This document shows positions 38,793 through 52,621 of a stretch of DNA of 64,000 nucleotides, one piece after another. Within the stretch, counting starts at the first letter, position 1; each line of letters opens with the position of its first letter. Origin of the DNA: Callorhinchus milii (taxonomy: Eukaryota); the NCBI RefSeq assembly GCF_018977255.1, contig NW_024704742.1, positions 8,930,001-8,994,000 on the forward strand. Reading direction: 5' to 3'. The notes beneath the pieces were generated by a model that was not told where the DNA came from, ran no database searches, and saw only the letters and a list, made by a program, of their open reading frames with translations. A program made the position numbers and the translations under genes.

Positions 38793-39368
38793 GTGAAAAT
38801 CATAAACTGTTACAGCCAGCAAGGAAATTAGGGAGAAGGGAATAATAATATAATTCTTGCATTTAGTATAGCACCTTTCACGTCTGGAGGATGTCCCAAA
38901 GCTCTTCCAGGATATAATGCAGAGTGCTGTGACTGTGTTTAGTGGACGAAATTGGCAGTCGAATAGAGGACGATGAAGGGGAGGGGAGGCTGGGGAAGGG
39001 GATTAGGATGAGTGGAGAGTCATAAGGTGCTATAGGTTCTATGTAATTGAATATAATAATAATATTCCTTGCAATTGATATAACGGCTTATCATGGCTTT
39101 GAAACGTCTCAAGTGCTTCACAGAATCTACTGTAAAGTAGTTTGACTATGTTTTGTGGGTGAAATGTAGCAGCCAATTGTGCACAGCAGTGTACCACAAA
39201 TGGTCGTGGATTGAGTAACCACAGATTATTTTTATTTACATTTTTTTAAATTGCCTAACAACTGGGTTCCTACTTACTGCTATGTAAACAGAGGTGTGTG
39301 GAGTAAGGAAACTTAAGCGCTCTCAGACACTACCCTGCGTGGAGGGCGCTATATAAGCGCATGTTGTT

Positions 39369-39689
39369 AATAATAATAATAATAATAATAATCCTTGCAT
39401 TTGATATAGCGCTTTTCACGTCGGGAGGACGTCCCAAAGCGCTTCACAGAACACACTGTAAAGTGAATTGACTGTATATTTGTGGGCGAACGCGGCAGCC
39501 AATTGCGCACAGCAATGTCCCACAAACAGTTGTAGATTGAAAATGACCAATTTAATTATTGTTTGTGGTTTTGGAGGGATTATTATTAGGCTCTGTGTGG
39601 AGTAAGGAAACTTGCCCAAAGTTTCGCCCTCTGCCTGGAATTGAACTCAGGTCTCTCACTTGCAAAGCGAGTGCTCTATCCACTGAGCT
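39369..39689 (-). mobile_element. Near full-length young SINE
   Basis: Near-identical to 56657-56985; flanked by further SINE fragments (39055-39313, 39700-39770). Confidence 0.92.
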
Positions 39690-39973
39690 GTTATTGTTGC
39701 CCAACATTTTGCCCTGCCTGCAAATTGAACCCAGGTCCTCTCGCTTGTGAAGCAAGTGCTCTAACCACAAAACTACATTATAAAAACTATTCGGCCCATC
39801 AGGTCTGCTCTGGTGTTTTTCTCTACATGAACCACATTTTCACGATCCTCTTATGTGAATTTTAGAATTTAAAAAATTCTAACCTTGCCTTTTTGTGACT
39901 ACCTTAGTTTGTGCTCTCTTATTACTGAATATTAACAGTTGCCCTATCATAACAATTCATAATATTGAATATG

Positions 39974-40269
39974 GCTCTGGAACTCCATCCCCCAGTGCCT
40001 TCGCCGCTTCCTCCCTCTCCTCCTTCAAGGCCGGTCTCAAAACCTTTCTCTTTGACCGAGCCTTCAGTTCCCCTCTCGACTCTCTTCCCCCTCCTCGCTC
40101 CCTCCCTTCCCTCCCCTCACCCTGACCATTTCCCCCTCCTCACTCCTCCCTTCCCTCCCTCACCCTGACCATTTCCCCCTTCTCGGGTCCTGACCCAACT
40201 GTGCAGCGCCTTGGGACGTCCTCCTGACGTGAAAGGCGCTTTATAAATGGAATCTTGTTGTTGTTGTTG
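39974..40269 (+). mobile_element. L2 3' end, near-identical to 53122-53416
   Basis: Direct alignment by eye, including the internal tandem duplication and (GTT)n tail. Confidence 0.88.
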
Positions 40270-41303
40270 AAGATTTTATCCGTCTTATTCACCTCTTACC
40301 ACTTGTGCCATTTCACAGTTACGTACCATTTATGTTAATTTTATAAGACAAATGCGTTTGTCCACAAAAAAGCCTTGATGAATGCAGGTCTGTCACAATT
40401 TTAGGTGGTGACTTACACCTCTGCCTCTCATGCATGTTGAAAGGTCATACATATCATGAGATTTCTTTAGCCACTGCTGAACACATGAGCAATCTGCCTT
40501 TCCACTGATCGACTGACCAGCCCCCGAGACAGACAATAAAGCCAATTGATCCTCACTGAGGTGAAAAGACAGCTGCACACACCATTTCAAATGATAAAAA
40601 ATTGTAGTTTGTTAATTAAGAAGATAAATTAATCATTTGCCTCATGGAAGTTGGTTACAGACAACCAACAAAATTGATGGTTCCTACACTTTACAGTATA
40701 TCTTATGAAACGTTTGAGATGCAATTTTTTCCTTTTCAAGTACCTATCTAATTGCTTTTTGAAAGTTGTTATTGAATCTGTTTCCACCACCCTTTCAAGC
40801 AGTGTGTTCCAGACCGTAACAACTTCTGTGTAAAATAATAATTATAATCCTTACATTTCAGCGCCTTGGGATGTCCTCCTGACGTGAAAGGGGTTTTACA
40901 AATGTTATTTTGTTTAGTGCCTTTCACGTTGGGAGACATTTCAAAGCTCATCAAAGGATATACTGTAAAGTTGACAGTGTGCAAATCTGGCAGCCAATTT
41001 GCACACAGCAGTGTCCCTCGAACAGCCATGAAGTGAATGACCAATTTTATATGAGGGATTGCTGTCCAGGATATCAGATGAAACCCTATTTGCTGGTGTG
41101 GATCTGCTTCTTAGAGTGGGACAGCACTCCATGCCAGGAAGAGAAGATTGGCATTAATTTGGGTTTTTTGATGATCAGAAGGTTAATAGTAGCTGATCAA
41201 TACACTGTCTCGTAAGCATTATGCTGATGTTTAATGCAGGACTATACCAGGGCTCACCACAGTTTATATTCTCGCTTCTCTCCAGTTATAATAATAATCC
41301 TTG

Positions 41304-41519
41304 GGAAAACAGAAGTCGCTGGGAACACTCAGCAGGTCAGGCAGCAGCTATAGAGAAAGAAAGTGAGTCAACGTTTCAGGACTGTTCTGATGAAGGGTTA
41401 TGAACCCGAAACGTTGACTCACTTTCCTTTCTCTATAGATGCTGCCTGACCTGCTGAGTGTTCCCAGCGACATCTGTTTTTGTTTCAGATTTCCAGCATC
41501 TGCAGTATTTTGCGTTTTG
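41304..41519 (+). mobile_element. Penelope-like element terminal fragment (inverted pLTR)
   Basis: ~72-bp inverted arms (41306-41377 / 41408-41480) around a CTGATGA...GAAAC core, flanked by duplicated ATAATCCTTG; resembles shark Penelope ends as I recall them. Confidence 0.7.
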
Positions 41520-42570
41520 ATGATAATCCTTGCATTTGATATCGCGCCTTATCAAGTCATTGAGATATCTCAAAGCGCTTCACAGAATATACTGTAAAGT
41601 GAATTGACTGTATATTATGTGGGAGAAATGCTAAGAGCCATGAATGTAAGCTACTTTGTGCACTCTGCCCTTTCTAATTCTCTCCTCACACACTGAACTT
41701 CTGTCGCTGGTGCTGGGCTTACATTCTCATTTGGCTGGGGTCGAAGTTGCATTGTAAGGTAGATAGGGGTATCCCAGTCATACCAGGCTCGCTTTGTGGA
41801 GGTGACCAGCTTTTATTTGTTTTTTAAACAGTTGCAAAAGGAAGCAACCTTTTATGCCACTAACCTTCGGAACCCCTGCCTCAATCTCCCTGCCTTGCTC
41901 CTCTTTATCAAAATTTAAATTTCACTTTACGACTTACCTTTCCAACCGCTCCTATGTTCCCCTCCCACTTTTCCCTAGGTATCCAACTGCACACACTACT
42001 GTATGGGGTTCTGAGACACTATTGTGTGTGAAGGGCACCATATAATAAGTTGTTATTGTTTTCAACTCGCTTGAAAGGGTTAACTTTCTGGATCTCATCA
42101 GAACAAACATGCACAGAGCATTGGCTTCCATAGCAATGCAAATGGATGTTGCAATGGGACTCTGTCCTGTGTGAGGGGCGCTGTATAAATACAAGTTGTT
42201 GTTGTTGCAATTACACAATCCCTGCTTGCACCATGGCACAAGCAGTTCTGATGTTTGGCACTAGTACATGCAGTTAAGTTAAGATGGTGCCATTAGGCTA
42301 AGCGAGGGGTAAAAGTAACATAAGTACTGTAACAACATCTATTATCCAGCTGAAAACGATGATCTATGAACATTGGATAGTAGGTTGGAGCTGAATCTGC
42401 CCCTGATTACTCCAGTTTCCAGCCTTGCCCCCAGTCCTCCTCCCCTCCTCAGCTCCTGCCTTACACAAATTTATGCTGAACTAGTTTACAAAGCATGCAT
42501 CCTCATCATCTACTTGTGCAACAGCAACCATCTGAAAAGGATCCTTCTCCCGACCACAATACTCGCTGAT

Positions 42571-42572
<2 letters not shown>

Positions 42573-42602
<30 letters not shown>
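42573..42602. repeat. (CT)n microsatellite
   Basis: Direct reading. Confidence 0.9.
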
Positions 42603-42604
<2 letters not shown>

Positions 42605-42897
42605 TGTAGCTGAAAAGCTCATTAACCAGTGGCAAAAAAAAGTTTTCAAAAAATCAAGGTGAATTAATTATTGATATTATTCATCTAAATTTTAAAAGTG
42701 GCACTGATAGGACATAGACGTCACAGGTCCCAAAGGCACCATTGCAGTTCACTTGGCTGATTTGGCCAGCCTCAAAGTTAGCAACTCATAAGTGCATATC
42801 AGGAAATATTTGCTTACTGATTTAGCTCAGCAGTTACCGTCTTTAAATTTCTTTCCTGTTTCTCTTTTCTTCCCCGTTCTCCCATCACATCTTCCAG

Positions 42898-43012
42898 TAC
42901 TTTCAGGATCTGTGCCCTGAAGCTGAGACTAAAGCTCCTCTCAAGAATACGTCTGATTCATTGGAGGAGTTTGGTGATGATGAAGAGATAAAGGAAGAAG
43001 AAGACAAATGGG
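42898..43012 (+). CDS. WRN: WRN coding exon 10 (acidic; alternative in-frame acceptor at 42907)
   Basis: Long pyrimidine tract, cttccag| ... G|gtaaga; YFQDLCPEAETKAPLKNTSDSLEEFGDDEEIKEEEDKW. Confidence 0.85.
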
Positions 43013-43190
43013 GTAAGATTGCTCAGGAAAAGGGTTTGCTATTCGCCATAGGTAGAATTTAGTCTGATCTGCTGAAGGTATCTACTCGTTCTCTTGCTGT
43101 GCAACTTCTCACTGTAAGAGCCATGTTCCACACTCTTTCATACGAATAGTGGTTCTCTCACTTATAAAAGAGAAACAATATAAAGTCCAG

Positions 43191-43517
43191 TGTGTAGTGT
43201 TTAGCAAACTCAAGGACCCAGGCTCGATTCCCGGGCGGGGATAAACCTTAGGCAAGTTTTATTATTCGTCACGCTTCTGTTTAGTAAGAAAGAACCCGTT
43301 GTTAGTCAATTGGCAATTTGCTTTCCGAAGGTAAAAAAAAAAAACAATATTTGGTTACTCACTCCCTGACTGTTTGTGGGACACTGCTGTGTGTAATTGG
43401 CTGCTGCGTTTCACCCACAAAATTCACAATCAATTCACTTCACAGTATATTCTGTGAAGTGCTTTGAGACGTCTCAAAGATGTGATCAGGCACTATATCA
43501 AATCGAAGGATTATTAT
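43191..43517 (+). mobile_element. SINE, older subfamily
   Basis: Degenerate head, B box GGCTCGATTCCC, family tail. Confidence 0.85.
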
Positions 43518-43687
43518 AAAAACACACTCGCCTTTTGTGTAACATCCCATGTGGTATATCACGGGAGAGCCCAAATGAATAAATTCTACCATGAACAATG
43601 TTTTGCTCTGTGTTGCCATTGCAAATAGTGTGTTTCTCTGGTGGTGCTAATGTTCTTTAGCTGTCTGTCTTTTAACTTTTGGTCTAG

Positions 43688-43763
43688 ATCTCTCAATACC
43701 TGAACCAAATGCAAAACTGATCAAGTGCCTGAAGACTTATTTTGGACATTGCAATTTTAAACC
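43688..43763 (+). CDS. WRN: WRN coding exon 11 (RecQ motif 0)
   Basis: ggtctag| ... CC|gtaagt; [25 protein letters not shown]. Confidence 0.93.
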
Positions 43764-44754
43764 GTAAGTTTTTCAACACAAGTGATTGTTCATAATGGGC
43801 AAAATTGAAATGTCCTATTTCTGTTGGGGAAATATGCAACTCGTCAACAAAGGGCTGGTCATTTTGTATCAGATGAGAGTAAAGTCGGGATTCTTTTTCA
43901 TTCTCACGTCCATACATTGTAGAGCAAGTTAATACAGCAGTATGGACAGAATATACCGCTGTGCACTACATCGTCAAGCAAGGCAGGATGCGTTCTCCAT
44001 CTCTTTGCCTAGAGGCAATTAGCATGTTATGTTGGTGCGTTGGATATGGAGTCTGTTTCTCTGCCCAGCACCTAACCAGAGCAGACAACAACACATCCTC
44101 AAAACTAGGTCAGGCTTCCTCACCAACGAAAGCTTTGTCTGCAGATGATCGAGACCTGTAGACTCTAGGGATGTCCTCAGTAGATCTCTTTGCAATGCCT
44201 AGCTCCATTGTGTCGCCTACAAAATATACTTTTTACAGTAAATCCTGTGAAGTGCTTTGAGACATCCTTCTGACATGAAACGTGCTATATCTGTGAAGAG
44301 CCTTGAGACATCTTGAAGACGTGATAAGTCACTGTATCAAATGCAAGGATTATTACTATTTATCTGCTCAAGGACAAGGGCTCTGGATACCTTCCCTTTC
44401 TGGAGACCAACCTTTATGCACACTTATCCTCTTTTTCAGTTACAAATAATATCTTTGCATTTGGTATAGCGTCTTTTATGTCGGGAAGACACCTCAAGGT
44501 GCTTCACAGGATTGATTCTAATGTATAGTGTTTTGAGGGTGAAGGATTCATTATGCTTCTCAGCTTTGAGGCTGTGATTTGGATCTGAGTCTCAGTGTAC
44601 AGTAGTGTGGTGCTGACGCACTGTATACAAAACTATTTGCACTGAAGATTTTCACAATTTATTTAAAAGTGAAACCTGTTTGATGCCCTAGTTGTCCAGT
44701 CCCTATAATAAGTTCAATGGTCATTGATCTGACAGTTCTGTTCTTCAATTACAG

Positions 44755-44822
44755 GGTTCAGTGGAAGGTTATCTTTTCAGTTCTACAGGAGAGAAAAGAT
44801 AATCTGGTTGTCATGGCAACTG
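44755..44822 (+). CDS. WRN: WRN coding exon 12
   Basis: ttacag| ... G|gtaagt; VQWKVIFSVLQERKDNLVVMAT. Confidence 0.95.
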
Positions 44823-45114
44823 GTAAGTGTTAACAGATAGATGCAGTGCCAAGAGACTTAGTGTACAAGAGAGACGCTGTCTACATGTCTTGCGATTCTG
44901 AATTCCAAAGAATATATAAAGCTCACTGATCATTACCCGCTGACCTTTAGATTTGTTGAAGAGATGCAGTTGTTTGCTGCTCTTCCAGTCCGCCTACATC
45001 TGGCACATGGACAGCATTGACTGAGCTAATGGAGTGATCAATTACACACGCTGCTGCTCCCTTTAAGTTCTTTTTTCTAAAAACAAAACCAGCTGCAAAC
45101 CAGAACTTTATATG

Positions 45115-46247
<1,133 letters not shown>

Positions 46248-46289
46248 CAAACTACATTACTGTAAGTTTCATAAATGCATGGTTTCTGT

Positions 46290-47118
46290 CCCCAATGTTT
46301 GTCCAACTTGGATTACCATCCATTAGGAATGGCCGAGCTCTCATTTTCTTCAGCCGAACGTCAACGAGACCGAGGCTCTCCTGGTTGAACGAAAGACCGA
46401 GGCTCTCCTGTCAGCGCCTTCTCCCCCCCCGGGGCCGACCCTATTGGCTTGCACCAATGCTCATTCCATCTGGTGGAATCAGTGTGGAACCTTGGTGACT
46501 TATTCCACCCCAACTGTCCTTCAAGCCTCATATCTGTGCTCTAACTCACTCAGCTTTCCCTCACCACTACAATATCGTCTGCCTCTGATACTACCTCTCA
46601 CAGTTGTGGAAATCCTCATCACATCTTTTCGCCCACAAAATGTAGTCACTACACTTTACAATATATTCTGTGAAGCACTTTGAGATGTCTCAATGACGTG
46701 ATAAGGCGCTATATCAAATGCAAGGATTATTATTATCATTATCAAGTTGAGGTTTGATTGTTCTGTCGCCCTGCTCATTGGACTCCTCAGCTCCTCTCTG
46801 TACAATCTGTAAAATGTCCAGAACTCTGCAGCTACTGTCCTCTCTCGCACCAGGCTGCGAGCCTATCACCCCCATTCTTGCTCAGATTAACTATCCCCCA
46901 GTGGTTCAAATTCAAGATCCTCGTTCTTATGCTCATATTCCTCCACAACCTTCAAGCCTCACATCTGGGCTCTAACTCACTCAACTTTTCCTTATCTCTA
47001 CAGTATTGCCTGCCTCTGCTACCACCTCTCACAATACCTCTGTAACCTCCTGCAACCCCTACCAAGCACTCCGGGACACTACCCCACGTGAAGGGCGCTA
47101 TATAAATAAATATTGTTG
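46290..47118 (+). mobile_element. Rearranged L2 fragments interrupted by a SINE tail
   Basis: FLQPNVNETEALL and SRFDCSVALLIGL-type remnants; ~85-bp segment duplicated (46518-46602 / 46949-47032). Confidence 0.65.
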
Positions 47119-47543
47119 CCATCCCAGCTGCTAACAAGGGCCTGCTTCATATATTCCCTCCTGATCTGAGCCACCGTTAACGTGCAAGCTTTTAAACATT
47201 CTGCCTCTGCTCTCTGGAACTCCATCTGGACTCCCAGTACCTCACTTCTTCCCTCCAAACCTTTAAAGGCCAACTTACGTTGTATGTTTTTGACTGCGCC
47301 TTGACACTTATTCCCCCACCACTCCCATTATCTTCCTCAGCTCTCTGAGCTTTTTCAGCATTTTGGCAGCTTCTGAAAATCCCAATTAGTCAGGGTTTGA
47401 TATCACCAAACAGAAGGCATTTTTAGTTGCTCTGCGTCTCCAATATCACAAATTAGATCCCAGGTTCCTGCCCTTCTGTTCACTTTGATCATTACTTCTC
47501 TGGTAGATTTTCAAACATTAAGCGATTTTGTTTTTTCCAATAG

Positions 47544-47652
47544 GTTATGGCAAAAGCTTATGTTATCAGTTCCCACCTGTGTATGTAGGAGGTATTGCGA
47601 TCGTGATCTCGCCCCTCATCTCTTTGATGGAGGACCAAGTCCTTCAGCTCAA
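47544..47652 (+). CDS. WRN: WRN coding exon 13 (Walker A GYGKS, motif Ia)
   Basis: ccaatag| ... AA|gtaagt; [36 protein letters not shown]. Confidence 0.96.
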
Positions 47653-48008
47653 GTAAGTGTATTTATTCTGTGTGGGGTTTTTCTTTAAATATTGTTCCAG
47701 TGTATCAGAATTGGCTGGGCTAATCACACAGATGAACAGCCCTTTGACTCTGTCTAGACTCCTAGATGAAGAATACCAATTTTGTTGAGGACACACATTG
47801 TCTGCAATCAAATAACCAGCTTGAATTGGCTTTAGCTTTCAGCAGAGGGAAACAATGAGGAGAACTTAACAAAAAGTGTCAACAAGGATGTCTGCTTCGT
47901 TGTCCATTGTCCATGTTTGTCACTGACCTGAGTGTCTGAGCAATATTTCTAACTGTACAAATGGATGTTAATTTCATATTATACTCTTTACCCAATGTTA
48001 TTTTGTAG

Positions 48009-48077
48009 GATGTCCAACATTGAAGCTTGTTTCCTTGGCTCTTCACAGTCTGAAAATGTTTACGCTGACCTGAAAAT
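48009..48077 (+). CDS. WRN: WRN coding exon 14
   Basis: ttttgtag| ... AT|gtaagt; MSNIEACFLGSSQSENVYADLK. Confidence 0.94.
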
Positions 48078-48439
48078 GTAAGTGTGTTTCAGTCAACGCT
48101 CCTGTGTTGTCTACCTGAGATACCAAAATAACATATGCTCATTAACTACCTACACTGGAACAATTGCAGGAGCACTATGTACTTTGCGGTCTGGGTGAGA
48201 GACATGAATTGTGGTCTGGGCAAGACAGATGTACATTATGTTCTATTTGAGAGAGAGGTGTACATTGTAGTCTGGATATGCTTAGTACGCCTGAAGGGAC
48301 TTATTTGCTGCTGAACGTGTCGAAATGGAAACCAGTAAAATGTGTTCCATTTCCCTGGCACATACCAAAGAAAAATTAGCTCATTGAGATGTAAAAGATA
48401 GGGGGGTCTCACCTTTTGGCTTCCCTTCCAGAAACATAA

Positions 48440-49117
48440 CAACATTTACACAGCACCTTTTTCATATTGGAAGGACATCTTGAGACTGTTGGCTGGGTAC
48501 CTGAGCTGGGGGTGGGAAAAGGGGAAGGTGTGTTGGGAAAAAGATGAACGAAAGCGCGGTCAAAGAGTTAGATCTTGATGTGCCCCGAAAAGGAAGGGAG
48601 GGAGTTGGAAGGACTGGAGATCCAGAGAGTGGGGGCAAAATGGCGATGGTGGGGCAGCCATGAAGCAAGTTGGTGTTTGTTGGGCAAAGGGAACAGCTGA
48701 GATTGCAGATGTAGGGGGAGGGGTAGGGTGTGAAGGACTTAGAGGCCGAGGGAAGCTTCGATCGTCTGCCCTCTCTTTTAAAGCCCTCCACGGTCTTGCT
48801 CCTGACAACCTCTGTGACCTATTAACATCATACCTACCTGTCCACTCCCTCAGCTCCCCAGGCCCTGCTTGCCCCACAATCACGGTTGAGCCTTGAACCT
48901 TTCTGCCCACCCTCTGGAACTCCATCCCCGAATCTCTCTGCCTCTCCCCCTGCCTTGTCTCCTTCAAAGCCTGTCTTTGACCGGGCCTTCAGCCACATTT
49001 CCATCTCCACCACTCTCGATTCCAACCCCCAGCTCGGAGTGCAAACACTTAACTGCAGCGCCTTCGAATGACCTTCTGATGTGAAAGGAGCTAAATAAAT
49101 GTAATTTGTTGTTGTTG
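48440..49117. mobile_element. Two oppositely oriented L2 3' fragments
   Basis: FKALHGLAPDNLCDLL on +; tail motifs at both outer ends. Confidence 0.7.
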
Positions 49118-49929
49118 GATCTTTAACATACACTTGAACAGACAGAACTTTGGTTTAACTTCTTACTTGAAGAACAGTTCAGTGCTCCTCCAACAATGTA
49201 CTGGAGTTTCAGCCTCCATGAGCTCAAGAATCCCCGCTGTAGGCTTGAACTTATCTGCTTTTTGCAGCAGATCAACATAAATGTAATAATCCATCTCTGA
49301 CATAGGGGAAAACAAATAATCTGACTTGTCCTTATGAGGTCAAACTGTTATACTGTGAAAGGATAATCAATGAATTTCCGCCTCATAATGCTGAGGTTTG
49401 CAACTGAGGGGCAGCATCTCTGACAACCAGAGGACATTTGGTGTTTGTGGGAACTGAATCCCAGTGAATGAAAAAGGATGTCGAACACTTTCAGAAAAGG
49501 AAAAATGCAGACATTGTGCAAGAAAGGTGCACTAAATTAGATGAGAAAAAAAACAACACTTGATAGATTTGAAATAACTGAACAATACGATTTACATTTG
49601 TATAGAGCCTTTCAGGTTGGGCGGAAATCTCGAAACTCTTAAAACAACTGATGGGACACTCAAGCTGGACGAGGGCAGGGGGGCGTAGGAGAAAAAAAGG
49701 TCAAAAGATGAATGTCTTGGAAGACTTAAGTCTGGAAAATAAGGCGGGAGGGGAGTTATAGTTTTACAGTTATGTTAGGTACTGTTCAGATTATTAGGTT
49801 GTCAAAGTTCCAGTGACATTGCAGGTATAGACATCGATTTACCTGCCTTTCATGTGAATGGTAATTATTCTTATACATTTTCAATGATAAAATGCCTTGA
49901 GATGATTTTTTTTCTGTTTTAATCTGCAG

Positions 49930-50012
49930 GGGTCAATACAAAGTCGTTTACATGACTCCTGAATTCTGTTCAGTGTCGACTTTGCTGCTCAAGGAATTGA
50001 ATGACAAAGTTG
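49930..50012 (+). CDS. WRN: WRN coding exon 15
   Basis: ctgcag| ... G|gtacgt; GQYKVVYMTPEFCSVSTLLLKELNDKV. Confidence 0.94.
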
Positions 50013-51687
50013 GTACGTGTCATCATATTCTTTAAGAGTTTTCATTTGTTCAGTGTAGCTGGTAACTCTAAATGGTTAGGAAACAAAATAACTTGCATTT
50101 TTATAGTACCCTTATTACATCCCAAAGCACTTTTATTGGCATTTCATCTCAATGGCTGTTGTTGTTGCCAAATACAGCAATCATTTGCACCAGGACATTT
50201 TCAATTAGTGTTGTAGAATTGTTAATGTCTTCCTAATGAAACCCGAGTTTAATGCCCCATTTATAATAATAAGCCTTGCATTTGATTTAGCATCTTTAAG
50301 ACGTTTCAAAGTGCTTCACAGAATATAATGTAAAGTGAATTCACTGTATATTCTGTGGGCGAAACATGGCAGCCAACTACGCACAGCAGTGTCCTACAAA
50401 CAGTCGTTGATTGAGTGACCAAATTCTTTTTTTTAAAGGGTTTTTACTCCCTGAAGAGCCTTATTGGGTAGGCTGGTCCTAGCTGGGTAAGCGGTGGAAA
50501 AGCTTGCCAGACAATGCTCTCAGTGACTAGCTCTGCGGTTTTAGCTGGTTGGACACCACCAGTTAGCCCAACACACACTTGGGTCCCCAAGCATTGGCTC
50601 TTCCCAACCTGCGTTTAATCTCTGGAACTAGATAAGTAGAATATGCTCCTCCAGGGAATGCATTCCATTCCAATGCACAGGAAGTTTCATGTGTAGGCGG
50701 GATGCATGGAATTCTCAGTTTGGTTCGGAACCGCTTAAGCTGGTTTCCACATGTGTCAGACAGACCAAACAAAAGTACAGATAGATGTTTCTGTGAAACC
50801 ACCTTCACCTCCTTGAAGTAGCTTCAGCAGGTAGTTTCCAGCATGAATTGCTTTACAATCATGTGGCTCAAACCTGATTTATGCTGTTCTAATCACTACA
50901 GAGCTGCTCTGGTGGGACCTGGAGCAGAGGTGAGAGGGGTTTGTCCCCAGGGAGGCAGATCAGAGACTGCTCTTGTGACCGTCTATTGCCCTGCTGTAAA
51001 ACAATATCGTTGGAATTCTGAGAGTACGACTCTGTCATTTCAACCAGAGAAATAACCTGGGCCAATAGAAAATTGCACAATATTTGACAAAAATTGCGGG
51101 GGCGTTTGATCAAAAGTGGAAAATTGCGGGGTGTTGGTTGGTGCTACTGAGAGAAGCATTTTGTGAAACAACCTGGATTAAAACTATAGGCATATATTTC
51201 CTGAACATGTAGGTGTGTTTAAAATACCAATATGTTAATGTGAATAGTATAGCACTTACCAAGAATTGGTCACACAAGCTCAATTTGGGCCGGGATAAGA
51301 TGTACTTTTCTATTGGCCCAGGAAACAACCCCCAATTTTAAAATCTCATTATAAGACTTGCCACTTCGACTGCATATACAGACAGCCACCTCCCCCTTCT
51401 CCCATGCTTGAAGTCCAACCCCGTCACTGTACAGCGCTCCCAAGATTCTATCCTGCAGGAAAGGCACCATGGAAATGCAAGTAGTCGTTTGTTGTATAGT
51501 TGGGGAAGACTATGGAAGGAGATGTGAGAAGGATTACAGCTTTTGGAACAATTGATTTGCAGTAATCTGTTGCCGATGGTTGTCACCCAAGCTTTTCAAA
51601 GAGCCGGCACAGACACGCTGTATAATCCTATGATTCTATGACAGCATTAGGTATCAATAAGACCATTTTGTTTATCTCTCTTGACAG

Positions 51688-51794
51688 GTATTACGCTTGT
51701 TGCTGTGGACGAAGCTCACTGTATTGCTGAGTGGGGACATGATTTCAGAAACTCCTACAGAAAGTTAGGAATTTTAAAAAGTATTCTGCCTAAG
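51688..51794 (+). CDS. WRN: WRN coding exon 16 (DEAH, aromatic-rich loop)
   Basis: ttgacag| ... AAG|gtgagc; [35 protein letters not shown]. Confidence 0.96.
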
Positions 51795-51814
51795 GTGAGC
51801 TGATAATTAGCGAC

Positions 51815-52275
51815 CAACAACAACAAATTACACTTACACAGCGCCTTTCATATCAGGAGGATGTCCCAAAGCGCTGTTCAGTCAGAGATTTGGACCCGAC
51901 TTGGGGGTTGGAATCAGAGGAATGTTTGAGGACAGGGAGGGTAGGGGTAAGAGGTTGGCTGAATGCGCGGTTGAAAAGGAGGGACTTGAGATGTTGTTTG
52001 AAGGAGGCAAGGGAGGAAGCAAGACGAAGGGACTGTGGCTGAAGGCCCGACTGCCGATGGTGGGGTGGACCAGACGTGGGATGTGGAGCAGGCGAGAGCC
52101 TGCTGAGCAGAGGGTTGATAAGGAGTTAGCAGGTCACAGAGGTAGGGAGGAGCAAGGCTGTGGAGGGACCTTGAAGGCGAGGACGAGGATTTTGAACTCT
52201 ATCCTCTGGGGGTTGGGGAGCCAGTGAAGCCAGGCGAGGGCGGGTCACGGAGCCTGGTACGAGAGAGGATATGAA
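51815..52275 (-). mobile_element. L2 3' fragment
   Basis: Reverse complement of the LHWLP..QRI.FKIL region and tail. Confidence 0.8.
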
Positions 52276-52621
52276 CTGCAGAGGAGATGAGGTTGGAAAT
52301 GCCTAATTTGTGATGTATGCTGGGGTATCACCCATCCACCTACATACAACAGTACTGGGCTTGTCTCCCTCCCTTTCCACCAGAAGCTTTGCTGCCTGTT
52401 CCATCAACCACTGTATGATAGCAGACCCCAAGAGATGGCCTGGAATGTGGAGTGGGGTGGGAGGAGGATGGGGTTGCTGCTCGAGAGAAATTTTAGGCAC
52501 AGAAACTCCTCCAAGTCTCTCGGCGACTGGGCATTAAAGATCTGAGGGAGATGAATTACAGAGTTGTAAAACTACTCCAATCCTGGAAGTAGTGATCTTT
52601 TCCTCCAAAACTCCAAAACAA

